In this document: positions 26,996-37,550 of the stretch, in pieces
Numbering within the stretch: the first letter of the stretch is position 1
How the letters are laid out: every line of letters starts with the position of its first letter
Origin: Bryobacterales bacterium
GTDB lineage: Bacteria > Acidobacteriota > Terriglobia > Bryobacterales > Bryobacteraceae
Assembly (NCBI GenBank): GCA_039812845.1
Contig: JBDIBK010000003.1
Coordinates: 1,054 to 65,053, forward strand
Reading direction: 5' to 3'
Length of the DNA: 64,000 nt
The notes under the pieces: model-generated
Database searches by the model: none
Seen by the model: only the letters and a program-made list of their open reading frames with translations
What the model was told of the DNA's origin: nothing
Program-made: the position numbers and the translations under genes

Positions 26996-27176
26996 ACCGC
27001 CGGTACGGAGGCAAGGCGCCGGACGACCGCGTTTCCATCCAATGCCGCCTTCGGGCATTGCCGAGACTGCGATATGCTGGACGTTGCCCGAAACGCGGTC
27101 CGGCTGTAATGCCGCCACCGGTGTGTGTAAAATCCCCTTTTCCATAACTCCCAAGCACAGCTTCGAACGACGCACT

Positions 27177-28628
27177 ATGTCAGCCATCGATACCACGACT
27201 TCCGACGTTCCCGCGGCGAGCAAAGGCGGCATGTTTACGCTCGCGGACGGGCGCAATCTCCTCTTCACCTTCATTCTGTTGAGTTCGCTCTTTCTGCTCT
27301 GGGGCTTCTGCAACGGGATGATCGACGTGATGGACAAGCACTTCCAGGACGAGTTGCACCTCAGCAAGGCGCAATCGGCCTGGGTGCAGTTCGCGCACTA
27401 TCTGGGCTACTTCCTGATGGCGATCCCCGCCGGATGGCTCGCGGCCAAGCTGGGCTACAAGGGCGGCATCATCGTCGGGCTGCTGATTGTCGCGCTGGGG
27501 GGAGTCTGGTTCATCCCGGCGACGGAAGTGAGCATGATGGCCAAGCAGGGCGCGGTTTCGAACAACCTGGCGTTCGCGGCCTTCCTGGCCGGAGTCTGTT
27601 TGATCGCCACCGGCCTCACTTTTCTCGAAACGGTGGCCAACCCGTACGCGACGGTGCTCGGAGACCGGAAGTACGCCGCCACGCGCATCAACCTCGCGCA
27701 ATCCTGCAACGGCGTCGGGTGGATCTTCGGGCCCATTGTCGGCAGCATGTTCTTCTATTCCACCGATGCCGCTGGCAACAGCACCGGGGCGGAAAACCTC
27801 TACATCCCCTACGTGAGCGTCGCCGTGGTGGTGGCGATTCTGGCGGTCATCTTTTACTTCGCCTCGATTCCGGACCTCAAGCCCGCGGAGGACTATGCGC
27901 CCGTGGATGACGCGGAAGAAAAGCACCATTCCGTGTGGAAGCACCCACACTTTTCTCTCTCCGTGCTGGCGCAGTTTTTGTATGTCGCCGCGCAGGCCGG
28001 TATCTTCAGCTTCTTCATCAACTACATCACGGAGGAATTGCCCGCGATTCCCGCAGCCTGGCGGAACGGCTTCGACAGCTTTGCATCCAATGCCGGGATC
28101 CTCAGTTCCTGGCTCTCCGGCTGGTTTGAGACCGTGAACGGGGCTGTTGCCTTTACGGACAAGGGCGCTTCGAATCTGGCTTCCCTCGGTTTCGTTCTGT
28201 TTCTGCTCGGCCGCTTCTCCGGCTCTCTGCTGCTGAAGCGCTTTCAGGCACATTCCGTGCTCGGCCTCTACGGCTTCCTGTGCGCTCTCGCTTCGCTGCT
28301 CGTTTTCCTGAAGCTTGGCTGGGCCTCCGCCGTTTGCGTGCTGCTCACCTTCTTCTTCATGTCGATCATGTTCCCCACCATTTTCGCGCTGGGTATCTAC
28401 GGCTTGGGTGGCAGAGCGAAACGCGCCTCCGCTTTCCTCGTGATGGCGGTCTCGGGCGGCGCGGTGGTGCCGAAGATCATGGGCGCGATCGCGGATCACT
28501 ACGATATGTCCCGCGGCTTCATCGTTCCGGCGCTTTGTTTTGCGGTGGTAGGCCTCTATGGCCTCTATTGGCGGAAGCTGAGCCATGCGCCCGCGGTGGC
28601 CCATATTCAGACCAGCGGAGGCCACTGA
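27177..28628 (+). CDS. MFS sugar:H+ symporter, L-fucose permease (FucP)-like
   Basis: Start at MSAIDTT. FucP-type N-terminus LSSLFLLWGFCNGMIDVMDKHFQDELHLSKAQSAWVQFAHYLGYFLMAIPAG. 12-TM pattern. Confidence 0.85.
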   Translation: MSAIDTTTSDVPAASKGGMFTLADGRNLLFTFILLSSLFLLWGFCNGMIDVMDKHFQDELHLSKAQSAWVQFAHYLGYFLMAIPAGWLAAKLGYKGGIIVGLLIVALGGVWFIPATEVSMMAKQGAVSNNLAFAAFLAGVCLIATGLTFLETVANPYATVLGDRKYAATRINLAQSCNGVGWIFGPIVGSMFFYSTDAAGNSTGAENLYIPYVSVAVVVAILAVIFYFASIPDLKPAEDYAPVDDAEEKHHSVWKHPHFSLSVLAQFLYVAAQAGIFSFFINYITEELPAIPAAWRNGFDSFASNAGILSSWLSGWFETVNGAVAFTDKGASNLASLGFVLFLLGRFSGSLLLKRFQAHSVLGLYGFLCALASLLVFLKLGWASAVCVLLTFFFMSIMFPTIFALGIYGLGGRAKRASAFLVMAVSGGAVVPKIMGAIADHYDMSRGFIVPALCFAVVGLYGLYWRKLSHAPAVAHIQTSGGH

Positions 28629-28699
28629 CGCAGGGCTGGAATACGATAAGCTCTTGGCGGCGGAACAGGCTTTCCCTGCCCGTCCTCTGGAGGTGTGAC

Positions 28700-30085
28700 T
28701 TGCGATTTCTCTCCCTGGCCGTGCTTGCGCTGTTCGCGCTGCCCCTCTCCGCGCAAACGGATACGGTCCTCATCAAGCCGAAGCCGATCGAGGATACGCT
28801 CCGGAATCCAGGCCGCGGAATTCAGACCTTCCAGCGCTTCGAAGGCCAGGCGCTGAACCCGCCCACCACGTGGTCCGAGGTGGGTCCGGAAGGCCCTCTG
28901 CCCTCAGCCGAAGGAGTGATCTTTCCGGAATCCACCGTCGCTTACGTGCGCTGGTTCTGGTCGCAGATCGAACCAAAGCCTGGCGTCTATGCCTGGGAGA
29001 TTATCGACAGCGCACTCAGCGAGGCGAAACGCCACGGCCAGAAACTGGCCATTCGCATCATGCCTTATGATCCGAAATCGCCGCTGCCGGAGTGGTACCG
29101 CAATTCCAGCGCGCGGCGCGCCAACAAGCCCGGCGACAAGGACGGCGCCGTTTGGTCCCCGGATTCCGACGACGCCTATTACGTCACCCGCTGGTCCGCG
29201 CTGGTGCGCAAACTGGGCGAGCGCTACGACGGCCATCCGGACCTCGACACCGTGGATATCTCCACCTTCGGCTATTGGGGCGAAGGCTGGGGTCCGTATC
29301 CCCCATCGAAGGAAGTGCAGCAAGCCCTCGTGGACTTGCACTTCGAGGTCTTCCGCAAGACCAAGCTGCTGATGAATTTTGACGTAGAGGAGATGCTCGA
29401 ATACGGGACCGGCCGCGGCGCGGGCTGGCGCGCGGATTGCTGGGGAGATTTCGGCCGCCCGAGCAAGCCCAACTTCGCGCACATGATCGACATGTACCCC
29501 CGCTATCTTGCTTCGGAGGGCGTGCGCGACGCGTGGATGCGTGGCCCGGTATCGCTCGAAGTCTGCGGCACCACCGCGAGTTGGAAGCGGCTGAACTACC
29601 CGCTGCAAAAGATCTTTGACGCAGCCATGCGCTGGCACGCCAGCACCGTCAATTTGAAGTCCGCGCCCATCCCGGAGGAATGGCGGCCGGCGTTCGAGGA
29701 ATTCGAAAAACGCCTGGGGTACCGCTACTCGCTGCGGCGAGTGGAATACCCGCGCCGTACCGCAGCCGGCGTCCCCTTCCCGCTGAAAACACTGTGGCTG
29801 AATGAGGGAGTCGCGCCCGCCTATGACCGGTATCAGGTGCAACTGGAACTGGCGTCCGGCCAGACCCGCGCGAAGGTGCCGCTGCCAATCGAACTCATCA
29901 AATGGGGGCCGGGCGATTGGGTGTATGAAGGCCCGGTGCTGCTGCCGGAGAACCTGCCCGCGGGCCGCTACAATCTTCGAATCGCCATTGTGGACCCTGC
30001 AACGGACCATCCGGCGATCCACCTTGCGAACGAGGGCCGGGAGAACGACGGGTGGTACGGGATCGGCGTCATCGAACTGCAATGA
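28700..30085 (+). CDS. Secreted putative glycoside hydrolase-like protein (DUF4832-like)
   Basis: TTG start 7 nt after GGAGG. Signal RFLSLAVLALFALPLSAQ. NPGRGIQTF and YVRWFWSQIEPKPGVYAW resemble TIM-barrel glycosidase N-termini. The track ORF start at 28280 overlaps fucP. Confidence 0.55.
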   Translation: MRFLSLAVLALFALPLSAQTDTVLIKPKPIEDTLRNPGRGIQTFQRFEGQALNPPTTWSEVGPEGPLPSAEGVIFPESTVAYVRWFWSQIEPKPGVYAWEIIDSALSEAKRHGQKLAIRIMPYDPKSPLPEWYRNSSARRANKPGDKDGAVWSPDSDDAYYVTRWSALVRKLGERYDGHPDLDTVDISTFGYWGEGWGPYPPSKEVQQALVDLHFEVFRKTKLLMNFDVEEMLEYGTGRGAGWRADCWGDFGRPSKPNFAHMIDMYPRYLASEGVRDAWMRGPVSLEVCGTTASWKRLNYPLQKIFDAAMRWHASTVNLKSAPIPEEWRPAFEEFEKRLGYRYSLRRVEYPRRTAAGVPFPLKTLWLNEGVAPAYDRYQVQLELASGQTRAKVPLPIELIKWGPGDWVYEGPVLLPENLPAGRYNLRIAIVDPATDHPAIHLANEGRENDGWYGIGVIELQ

Positions 30086-30186
30086 ACGCGCTGGCGCGGG
30101 AGGGAAAGGCGCGCATTTCCAGCCTCGCCCGTTGTTGCGGATGCGCCACCGTCATGCTAATTTGAAAAGGTTGGACACGCGTCTGT

Positions 30187-30263
30187 GGGGACGTAGTTCA
30201 GTTGGTTAGAACGCCTGCCTGTCACGCAGGAGGCCGCGGGTTCGAGCCCCGTCGTCCCCGCCA
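30187..30263 (+). tRNA. tRNA-Asp(GUC)
   Basis: GGGGACG/CGTCCCC acceptor, D-arm GTTC-AGTTGGTTA-GAAC, anticodon arm CCTGC-CTGTCAC-GCAGG (GTC), T-arm GCGGG-TTCGAGC-CCCGT, and encoded CCA. Confidence 0.95.
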
Positions 30264-30448
30264 CCCTTTCCGGGATCTCTTCTCCGCATCCTCCCGCAAT
30301 ATCGTTGATTCGTTCGTCGGCTTTCATGGTCCCTCGCCTTCGGAGGCAGCGAAGGTTGCCGATCGCTTCATGCCCGTTGGGAGCGTTCAAATTTGATTGG
30401 GCGGCAGCGTTCCTGTACAGTTTGAATAGGTACAAGGAAGGTTTCATC

Positions 30449-30727
30449 ATGCCCCGTGCCGCCATTGAAGACAACAAGCGGATGTCTCTCCGAATTCGGC
30501 CGGAGGAGAAGAGGCTTCTTTTGCGAGCCGCCACGCTCCGGAACACCGATCTGACGGACTTTATCCGTAAGCACAGCTTGGATGCCGCGAGAGCAATCAT
30601 CCGCGAAGAGGAACGCGTCCGGTTGAGCGAGCGAGACAGCCTGCGCGTCCTGGAACTCCTCGAAAGCCCTCCCGCACCGAACGAGAAACTTCTTGCTGCG
30701 GCAAAGACGCGGCCTAAGCCTCAATGA
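30449..30727 (+). CDS. DUF1778 (TacA-like) RHH antitoxin
   Basis: ATG after AAGGAAGG. MSLRIRPEEKRLLLRAATLRNTDLTDFIRKHSLDAA is the typical DUF1778 core. Overlaps the toxin gene by 4 nt. Confidence 0.8.
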   Translation: MPRAAIEDNKRMSLRIRPEEKRLLLRAATLRNTDLTDFIRKHSLDAARAIIREEERVRLSERDSLRVLELLESPPAPNEKLLAAAKTRPKPQ

Positions 30728-31251
30728 ACATTTCGGCATGGCATGAGGAGCCCATCGGCAGGCACCATCACCGGGACAGTTTCGACTGCGGCGAGGAGCC
30801 GCTGAACGAATTCTTGCGGAGGCATGCGCGCAAGAGCCATGAGGCGGGTGGAGCGAAGACATTCCTGGCGATTGGCGATGCCGGGGAGGAGAAGATCCTG
30901 GGCTACTACAGCCTCGCACCGGTTTCCTTCGAGTACGCGCGGACGCCGGGAATCATCAAGCGTGGCCTCACTCGGCACGATGTGCCTGGCTTCCGGTTGG
31001 CGCGCCTCGGCGTCGCCAAAGACTATCAAGGCCGGGGATTTGGAACAAAACTTCTGCTTCTTGCCGGCAAGCGGTGTCTTGCCGCGGCAAAAGAAGTCGG
31101 GGGCGTCATGATGATGATCGACGCCAAGAATGACCGTGCGGCGAAGTGGTACGCGGATCGCGGTGCCGTTCCTCTTCCCGATTCCCCATTGACCCTGATG
31201 CTGCACTTGGATACGGTCGCAACGGCTTTGTGGGCCGCGGGGCGGATCTAA
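30724..31251 (+). CDS. GNAT-family acetyltransferase toxin (TacT-like)
   Basis: HHRDSFDCGEEPLNEFLRRHA N-terminus and acetyl-CoA motif LARLGVAKDYQGRGFGTKLL. Classic pairing with DUF1778. Confidence 0.8.
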   Translation: MNISAWHEEPIGRHHHRDSFDCGEEPLNEFLRRHARKSHEAGGAKTFLAIGDAGEEKILGYYSLAPVSFEYARTPGIIKRGLTRHDVPGFRLARLGVAKDYQGRGFGTKLLLLAGKRCLAAAKEVGGVMMMIDAKNDRAAKWYADRGAVPLPDSPLTLMLHLDTVATALWAAGRI

Positions 31252-31540
31252 ATTTCGTTTCTGCTTTTCCTGCCGCAAAGTCTTTCTGGTTCGGTTTCCT
31301 TGGGGCAAATTGCGGATCGAGAAGCGCTTGTCCCCGACACCTTTGGGAGAAATACCGGACTATAGGGTGGCTTACGGATCAGCGCCAATAGACGGCGAGG
31401 AACGGCACCGCTTCATCTAGCCAAACTCGCAGCGGTCCGGTTTGAGCGCCAGCGGATTGCCTAGCCGAGCATCTCCATCGCTAGAAGCTTCCCCACTGGA
31501 AGCTCAAAATGCCGTCCGGCCCGGGAGTGCGTCACAATAG

Positions 31541-32935
<1,395 letters not shown>

Positions 32936-32958
32936 TCTCGGTCATGTCGCTGAAAGGA

Positions 32959-32986
32959 GGGCCGCCCGCGAAGGGCGGCCCTTTTT
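32959..32986 (+). terminator. Intrinsic terminator after eno
   Basis: GGGCCGCCC-GCGAA-GGGCGGCCC followed by TTTTT. Confidence 0.75.
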
Positions 32987-33192
32987 CCTTTTCCTGGCCG
33001 CGGAAGAACCGTGAATGCGCACCGGAAGATCTCACAACAAGCTGTGCGGCGGTGAGAGAATACCAAGTAAGTGCGGATTGCCTCCGCCGCCGCGTGTCCC
33101 TTCAGAGATCTCCCTGCAGGCATGTCGATCCCCGAGGATGCCAATCGATTACATCAGGAAGGCTCGCCACGCGGGCGGATAGGGGGATTTCG

Positions 33193-33573
33193 ATGAAGTA
33201 TTTGTGCCTCGTTTACGGAGAAGAGCTGGCCATGTCTCAAGTGGATCCCGCGCACTGCGTCGCATTTGACGAAGAGTTGCGCGCCAAGGAAATCTGCATT
33301 GCGTCGGAAGCGCTGCTTCCGGTGGAAAGCGCCACCTCGGTACGGGTGCGCAATGGCCGGGTCTCCGTCACCGATGGGCCGTTCGCCGAAACGCACGAAA
33401 CTCTGGCCGGTTTCTATCTCATCGAGGCGCGCGATCTGAACGCGGCGATTCAGGTGGCCACGCAGATTCCGCCGGCGCGCATCGGCACCATTGAGATCCG
33501 CCCCGTGCGGCAACTTCCCGGCCGGGTCCTGGGCGCGGATACCCGGAACGAAACGGCCGCGCGGAACGTTTGA
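33193..33573 (+). CDS. YciI-like / DGPF-domain protein
   Basis: [11 protein letters not shown]...[31 protein letters not shown] contains the DGPF motif. The stop overlaps the next gene. Confidence 0.8.
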   Translation: MKYLCLVYGEELAMSQVDPAHCVAFDEELRAKEICIASEALLPVESATSVRVRNGRVSVTDGPFAETHETLAGFYLIEARDLNAAIQVATQIPPARIGTIEIRPVRQLPGRVLGADTRNETAARNV

Positions 33574-33596
33574 TTCCCAGCGGCACTTCGCACCCT

Positions 33597-34874
33597 ATGA
33601 ATGGAATCTCTCAAAGCGACCCTCAGCGCGCGGTGGAAGAGATCTACCGAAGCCAGTCCCGGCGCGTGCTGGCAACGCTGATTCGGCTGCTGGGCGATTT
33701 CGAACTGGCGGAAGAAGCGATGCACGACGCCTTCATGGCGGCGGTGGAGAAGTGGCCGCGCGACGGCATCCCTTCGAACCCCTCGGCCTGGCTGATCTCG
33801 GCCGGAAGGTTCAAGGCGATCGACGTCCTCCGACGCCGCAAGCGTTTCGAAACCGGGCTTCCGGGTGAGCCGGAACTGCTGGGTGCTTACGTCGAGACCC
33901 CCGTTTACGAGGAAAACTCCGTGGTGGACGATCGCCTGCGGTTGATCTTCACCTGCTGTCACCCGGCGCTGCCCGCCGACGCCCAGACAGCCCTCACCCT
34001 GCGGGAGGTCTGCGGCCTCACCACCGAAGCGATCGCCTGCGCGTTCTTTACCAGCCCCACCACCATGGCACAGCGCATTGTGCGGGCAAAGGCAAAGATT
34101 CGGGACGCGCGGATCCCCTACGAAGTGCCCGAGCGCGAAGCGCTGCCCGAGCGCCTGGACGCCGTCTTGCGGGTAGTTTATCTGGTCTACAACGAAGGCT
34201 ATACCGCATCCTCCGGAGAGTCTCTCACCCGCGTCGAACTCTCCATGGAGGCCATTCGCCTGGGTCGCCTGCTGGCCGAGATGCTCCCCGAACCCGAAGT
34301 ATTGGGATTGCTGGCTCTGATGCTGCTGCACGAATCGCGGCGTCCGGCGCGGCTCGATGAAGCCGGGGAACTCGTGCTGCTTGAGAACCAGGATCGCACC
34401 CAATGGAACCGCGCCCAGATCCAGGAAGGCAAGCAATTGCTCGAACGCGCGCTCGTCTCCCGCCGCTTCGGACCCTATTCGATTCAAGCCGCGATTGCGG
34501 CCGTGCATTCCGATGCGCCCAGCGTCGCCGCGACGGATTGGAGCCAGATTGTAGGGTTATATGACGTGCTGCTGCGGCTGGAGCCCTCCGTGGTGGTGGA
34601 ACTGAATCGCGCGGTGGCTCTGGCAATGCGCGATGGGCCGCTGGCCGGCCTGGCGGCGCTGGATGCGATATTCGACCGCGACGAACTGAAGGATTACCAC
34701 CGGGCACACGCCGCGCGCGGGGAGCTGTGCGTTCGAGCGGGGCGGATCAAGGAAGGCTGCGCGTGTTACGAGCGCGCGCTGGAGCTGGCCAAGCAGGCTC
34801 CGGAACGGCGCTTCCTGGAGCGGCGTCTCAAGGATATTTCCTGGGACGGAACCGGCCGGCCGCGCTCAGCCTGA
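33597..34874 (+). CDS. ECF sigma factor with long C-terminal TPR-like extension (ECF42-type)
   Basis: Sigma-2 region ([60 protein letters not shown]), sigma-4 region ([18 protein letters not shown]), and a roughly 200-aa helical extension. The alternative TTG start at 33570 overlaps the YciI stop. Confidence 0.8.
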   Translation: MNGISQSDPQRAVEEIYRSQSRRVLATLIRLLGDFELAEEAMHDAFMAAVEKWPRDGIPSNPSAWLISAGRFKAIDVLRRRKRFETGLPGEPELLGAYVETPVYEENSVVDDRLRLIFTCCHPALPADAQTALTLREVCGLTTEAIACAFFTSPTTMAQRIVRAKAKIRDARIPYEVPEREALPERLDAVLRVVYLVYNEGYTASSGESLTRVELSMEAIRLGRLLAEMLPEPEVLGLLALMLLHESRRPARLDEAGELVLLENQDRTQWNRAQIQEGKQLLERALVSRRFGPYSIQAAIAAVHSDAPSVAATDWSQIVGLYDVLLRLEPSVVVELNRAVALAMRDGPLAGLAALDAIFDRDELKDYHRAHAARGELCVRAGRIKEGCACYERALELAKQAPERRFLERRLKDISWDGTGRPRSA

Positions 34875-35348
34875 TTTTTCCCGGCCGATCTCCGCCATGG
34901 TCGCGCCGGTGGCGCGAAGAAAATCCTCGGGCGCGAGCAGCAACTGCAGCCCGCGCTGGCCCGCCGAAACGGAGATGCGGTCAAAGAGAATCGCGGTTTC
35001 GTCGAGGTAAGCCGGGTAGGCTTTGCGCGCGCCCAAAACCGTGACGCCTCCGCGAATGTAGCCCGTGAGCGGCTGCACCTCCTTGAGCGGGACAACCTCC
35101 GTCGAACGATTGCCACTGACGCGGGCGAGGGCCTTCAGATCCAGCTCGCTGTTGCCCGGTATCACGGCAAAACAGACGCCGTTGCGGTCTCCGCGGGCAA
35201 CCAGCGTCTTGAACACCCGCTCCGGAGGCAGCCCGATCTTTGCCGCCACCGATTCCGCGGCCAGGTGCTCGGGATCCACTTCGTACTCGACGATCTCATA
35301 CGCGATGTTTGCCGCATCGAGGAGCCGCGCGGCATTCGTTCTCGTCAT
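34866..35348 (-). CDS. ybaK: Cys-tRNA(Pro)/Cys-tRNA(Cys) deacylase YbaK
   Basis: [18 protein letters not shown]...FKTLVARGD...[11 protein letters not shown]. YbaK/EbsC pattern, 160 aa. Confidence 0.85.
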   Translation of the reverse strand: MTRTNAARLLDAANIAYEIVEYEVDPEHLAAESVAAKIGLPPERVFKTLVARGDRNGVCFAVIPGNSELDLKALARVSGNRSTEVVPLKEVQPLTGYIRGGVTVLGARKAYPAYLDETAILFDRISVSAGQRGLQLLLAPEDFLRATGATMAEIGREKSG

Positions 35349-35356
35349 CCCTCGCC

Positions 35357-36565
35357 TCAGCCCAGGGCTTGTGCCAGATCGTTGACAATATCGGCCGCGT
35401 CTTCAATACCCACCGAGAGGCGCACGAGATTCTCGCGAACCCCCGTGCGCGCCTTATGCTTCGGAGCGACGTCGCGATGGGAGGCCGTCCAGGGATGCAG
35501 CACCATACTGTGCACATCGCCCAGGGAGGTCGCGCCAACCACCAGCTTCAGGCGGTCTATGAACGCAAATACTCCGTGCTTATCCAAGCCCTTGATTTCG
35601 AAGCTGACCATCGCGCCGTAGAGGCCGTCGGGGAACAGTTTGTCGATGCTCGCCCGGTCCGGGTGAGCGGGATCGTCGAGGTAATAGACCTGCTCGATCG
35701 CCGGATGCGTGCGCAGGAATGCCGCCACCGTGGCCGCGTTGCGGCATTGCCGCTCCATACGAAGCGGGAACGTCTTGATCCCGCGCATGGCGAGATAGGC
35801 CTCAAACGGTCCCAGAATGGGGCCGACGACTCTCGACATCGCACGGATCTCTTCGATCTTCTCTCCGCGCGCGACGATGGCCCCGCCCATCACGTCGCCG
35901 TGGCCCGAAAGATACTTCGTAAGGCTGTGAACCACATAGTCCGCGCCGTGTTCGAGCGGCCGCACCAGAAGCGGGGTCGCGAACGTGTTGTCCACGATCA
36001 GAGGCGCTTTTGCCGCATGGGAAAGCTCCGCAATCCGGCCGAGATCGCCCACGCGCAGGATCGGGTTTGAAACCGTTTCCATCAGCACGCAGCCGGGCTG
36101 GAAGGTTTCGAGCGCTTTCGCCAGCGCCGCTTCGTCGCAGATATCCACGAAGCGGGTTTCGATGCCGAAGGGTTCCAGCATGTTCATCAACAGCTTGACG
36201 GTTGCACCGTAAAGCGCCTCCGCGCACAGCACTTTCTTGCGGCGTTCGGCCAGGCATGTGAGCAGGGTTGCCTGCAGCGCCACCATTCCGGACGAGGTGG
36301 CAAGCGCGCCGCCCCTCGCTTCGGGAGATGCGGCCGAGGGCGCGGCGCCTTCAAGCGACGCCAGCAGTTCTTCGAGCGCGGAGTTGGTGGGGTTGTCGTA
36401 TCGCGCGTACGCGTACCCTTCCACTTCATGCCCGAAAACTTTGTCCAGGATTTCGCTTTCCCCGTAGAAGTAAGAAGCAGCGGTGTGGATGGGGGTGGTA
36501 ACCGGGATGTGCTTTCCCGGTTTCTTGCGGTCCCCGGCGTGGACCGCGGCGGTATGAATCTTCAA
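35357..36565 (-). CDS. Cys/Met-metabolism PLP-dependent enzyme (cystathionine gamma-synthase/beta-lyase or O-acetylhomoserine sulfhydrylase family)
   Basis: TAAVHAGD N-terminus. PLP-lysine region VVHSLTKYLSGHGDVMGGAIV. 402 aa. Confidence 0.85.
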   Translation of the reverse strand: MKIHTAAVHAGDRKKPGKHIPVTTPIHTAASYFYGESEILDKVFGHEVEGYAYARYDNPTNSALEELLASLEGAAPSAASPEARGGALATSSGMVALQATLLTCLAERRKKVLCAEALYGATVKLLMNMLEPFGIETRFVDICDEAALAKALETFQPGCVLMETVSNPILRVGDLGRIAELSHAAKAPLIVDNTFATPLLVRPLEHGADYVVHSLTKYLSGHGDVMGGAIVARGEKIEEIRAMSRVVGPILGPFEAYLAMRGIKTFPLRMERQCRNAATVAAFLRTHPAIEQVYYLDDPAHPDRASIDKLFPDGLYGAMVSFEIKGLDKHGVFAFIDRLKLVVGATSLGDVHSMVLHPWTASHRDVAPKHKARTGVRENLVRLSVGIEDAADIVNDLAQALG

Positions 36566-36647
36566 AGCGGAGTGCCTCTTTTCGTGGTGACTATTTTTAT
36601 TATCCGACGACTGGCCCCGTCGCCGCGCGGAACCGCTGGGCGCCTGT

Positions 36648-37433
36648 TCAGCGCGTGGCGCTGATGCGGAAATCCGGCACGGCGGGCATGCGAAGAACGG
36701 TGCACATCTCGAAGAGCCTCGAACGCGCCCGAGAGCCGATGCGGTCCGCGAGGGAGGTGCGAATCATCGATTGCGCCGGCAGATGCGGATTGCGCTCGCG
36801 AAGGCTGTCGCCGGCGTCCGGGTCCGGGAGGTTGGTGGTCAGAATCGTGGGCTTCTGGTGATTGCAGCGGTAGGTGACGATGCCGGTGATGGTGTCTTCA
36901 ATCCAATCTGAAACGCGGTGGCTGCCGAGATCGTCGAGCATAAGGACTTCCACTTCAAGAGCCGTGCTGTACGCATCGCGGGTGGAAGCGCCCGAGAGCG
37001 GATCGAAGCTCGAGCGAATCATTTCGAGAAGCTGCTGATAGTCGAAAAAGCGGCACTGATACCCGGCGGCAACCAGTTCCTTGAGCACGGCAACCGCAAG
37101 ATGGGTCTTCCCGGTTCCCGGCGGGCCCACCAGCAGCAATCCGTTCGGGTTTTTCATGGGGACGTTCCGGGAACGGCGGGCAAGATCCTTGGCGTAGCGG
37201 CTCACCTGAAATAAGGTGTCCCGCAGCGCTTTCTCCCAGGCCGGATTTCCCCTCACAGTGGCAAAGTTGTCGAAGGACGCTTCCCGGTAAAGGGGCGGAA
37301 TGCCGGCGCGCTGATAGAGCGATTCCGGTGAAACGGTCTCCCCGCAGCCGCAGGCGCTGACCCCTTCGAGGCCATGGCGCTCTTCCACAATCCATCCTGT
37401 TCCGCCGCATCGCGGGCAATCGGGTCGGGGCAT
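36648..37433 (-). CDS. DnaC/IstB-like AAA+ ATPase with N-terminal Cys-rich (zinc-ribbon-like) motif
   Basis: Start at MPRPDCPRCGGTGW...ACGCGE. Walker A LLLVGPPGTGKTHLAVAV and Walker B VLMLDDLG. The track ORF's 128-aa upstream extension runs through the ackA divergent promoter and has no support. Confidence 0.7.
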   Translation of the reverse strand: MPRPDCPRCGGTGWIVEERHGLEGVSACGCGETVSPESLYQRAGIPPLYREASFDNFATVRGNPAWEKALRDTLFQVSRYAKDLARRSRNVPMKNPNGLLLVGPPGTGKTHLAVAVLKELVAAGYQCRFFDYQQLLEMIRSSFDPLSGASTRDAYSTALEVEVLMLDDLGSHRVSDWIEDTITGIVTYRCNHQKPTILTTNLPDPDAGDSLRERNPHLPAQSMIRTSLADRIGSRARSRLFEMCTVLRMPAVPDFRISATR

Positions 37434-37550
37434 CGGTATTTCTTCATTATCGCGCCGGATCCGCCCTTGCGGGGCTCTCGAATTTGCGATACTCATGAAT
37501 CTTGCCAATTCCGCTGACCCGGTGCGGGCGAGATGCCGGGAAAGGATTTC

